From Mobula hypostoma (Eukaryota), in assembly GCF_963921235.1 (NCBI RefSeq), contig NC_086115.1, positions 17,422,001 to 17,486,000 of the forward strand: a DNA stretch of 64,000 nucleotides. The letters are read 5' to 3'. Every line of letters begins with the position of its first letter. The first letter of the stretch is position 1. Of the stretch, positions 62,170-64,000 are shown one piece after another. The translations under genes were made by a program, and so were the position numbers. Under the pieces are notes generated by a model, which did not search any database, was not told the origin of the DNA, and saw only the letters and a list, made by a program, of their open reading frames with translations.

Positions 62170-63460
62170 ATCACATCCGAAATCCTGTCTGCCCACTACC
62201 CTGGACCCCCATCAATTTGCCTATTGCACCAACAGGTCAACAGAGGACGCCATCTCCACAGCACTTTACTCTGCCCTGACCCACCTGGACAGCCCCAACT
62301 CTTAGGTCAGAATGCTGTTCATTGACTTTAGTTTGGCATTCAGTACTGTGATTCCCCTCCAAGCTGATGGCCAAACTTCGCCAGCTTGGTATCACCTCAT
62401 CCCTCTGCAATTGGACCTTGGACTTGCTGACTAACAGACCCCGATCAGTTAAGTTAGACAACCTCTCCTCCTCCGCTCTCACCCTGAACACCGGCGTGCC
62501 TCAAGGCTGTGTGCTGAGCCCTCTTCTGTACTCCCTTTTCACCTATGACTGCGTTCCTGTACATGGTTCTAACTCCATAATCAAGTTCGCAGATGACACC
62601 ACAGTAGTTGGTCTGATCAGAGGATGACGAGACTGCCTACAGGGACGAGGTCCAGCACCTGGCTGCGTGGTGTGCCGACAACAACCTGGCCTTTAACACC
62701 CAGAAGATCAAGGAGATCATTGTGGACTTCAGGCATGCTAGGAGCCACACTCACGTCCCCATCTACATCAACGGAGCTGTAGTGGAGCGTGTATCAAGCT
62801 TCAAGTTCCTTGGTGTTCACATTTCCGAGGATCTCACCTGGTCCCTGAACTCCTCCATCCTGATCAAAAAGGCACAACAGCGCCTTTATTTCCTGCGGAG
62901 CATCAAGAAAGCTCACCTCTGTCCCAGGGTACTGACGGGCTTTTACCACTGTACCATTGAGAGCATACTCACCAACTGCATCTCAGTGTGGTATGGCAAT
63001 TGTCCCGTATCGGATCGCAAAACAGTCCAGCGTGTGGTGAAAACTGCCCAGCGGATTATTGGCACCCAATTGCCCACCATTGAGAACATCTACCATAAAC
63101 GCTGCCTGGGCAGGGTGAAAAGCATTATCAGGGATGCATCTCACCCTAACCATGGACTTTTTACTCTCTTCCCATCCGGTAGGCGCTACAGGAGCCTCTG
63201 CTCCCGCACCAGCAGGCTCAGGAAGAGCTTCTTCCCTGAGGCTGTGACCCTGCTGAACCTCACATCACAGCACTAAGCAGTATTGCATCCGTATTGTACT
63301 GTCTCAGTACTTTTATATTTGTGTGCTGTAGCACTTACTTTTTATTCACAGTTATTTTGTAAATAACATTCTTTGCATTTCTGGTCAGATGCTAACTGCA
63401 TTTCTTTGGCTTTGTATCTGTACTGGGCACAATGACAAAGTTAAATTGAATTTAATCTAA
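62170..63460 (+). mobile_element. Rex1/Babar-type LINE RT 3' part
   Basis: PQGCVLSPLLYSLFTYDC, KFADD, FKFLGVHISEDLTWS; stops and frameshifts. Confidence 0.85.
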
Positions 63461-63751
63461 TATGAGGAGAAGGTGAGGGGTAGGGAGAATAACATTGGAC
63501 TAGTTTAAATGGGTTCTTGGTGATCTCCACAGGTCCATTAGGCTGAAGGGTTTGTTCAATGCTGAATGTTCAAAGTCTCAATATTAGACATAAATTTCAA
63601 CTCATTTCATTCTGCTCTGCTGCCTGACTGCAGCGTGGCCCCTGTTCTTCAGCCAGGTGTCTCAGGAACTGGTGTAGCCAGTGGGCAGTTAATCATGCAG
63701 AACAAACACCTCAATGTAGTTTAATCTGTCCAGGTGCTGACAATTGTTGCA

Positions 63752-63841
63752 ATGGAGGAGGACTTCCCCCGCGGGGGGATACAGAGGAAGCCCACCACAG
63801 GAGCCAGCAAGAGCAATGAGGGAGAGGACAACTTGTTTCAG
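63752..63841 (+). CDS. PDCD11: Programmed cell death 11 / RRP5 homolog, first coding exon (MEEDFPRGGIQRKPTTGASKSNEGEDNLFQ); exon 63734-63841, gene continues right; non-coding exon 1 probably ends at 57900
   Basis: EExFPRGG...EDNLF N-terminal signature of Rrp5; cag|...CAG|gtaagt; head-to-head with ATP5MK as in mammals; not in the ORF track. Confidence 0.88.
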
Positions 63842-64000
63842 GTAAGTTTTGGAGTTGATGCTGCTGGAATTCAGCACAAAAACAGACAACAAGATGTGTT
63901 CCAATGTTGTGTAGGGATTGTAAGTGGATGTGGACTCTGCTATCATAGGGATTATTGGCATGTTTACTTGTTAGTCTTTGCTCCGTGGTTAGATATTTCC

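Overview
Eukaryotic (vertebrate) genomic DNA. The CR1/Rex/Penelope/SINE repeat landscape suggests a cartilaginous fish (inference). Four spliced genes were reconstructed by hand from GT-AG exons. (1) A pancreatic-lipase-family gene on the minus strand: 7 coding exons at 22369->6559, putative TATA promoter near 26040, 3' half running off the left edge through a ~6-kb intronic satellite. (2) Complete TAF5 on +: 10 coding exons, 29439-47814, ~735 aa. (3) ATP5MK/USMG5/DAPIT on -: 61 aa. (4) The first coding exon of PDCD11/RRP5 on +, sharing a bidirectional promoter with ATP5MK. The most notable signal is that the lipase frame is intact over 273 codons and keeps a pancreatic-acinar-type promoter, yet its nucleophile elbow reads GHGLG instead of GHSLG (catalytic Ser->Gly), with further active-site changes. 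This points to a secreted pseudo-lipase. The second is that Penelope-like element termini across the window carry minimal hammerhead ribozyme motifs, including a TSD-flanked palindromic element with one motif on each strand. The rest is nested LINEs, Tc1, Harbinger derivatives, a solo LTR, SINEs and minisatellites. Most short ORFs in the track are spurious.
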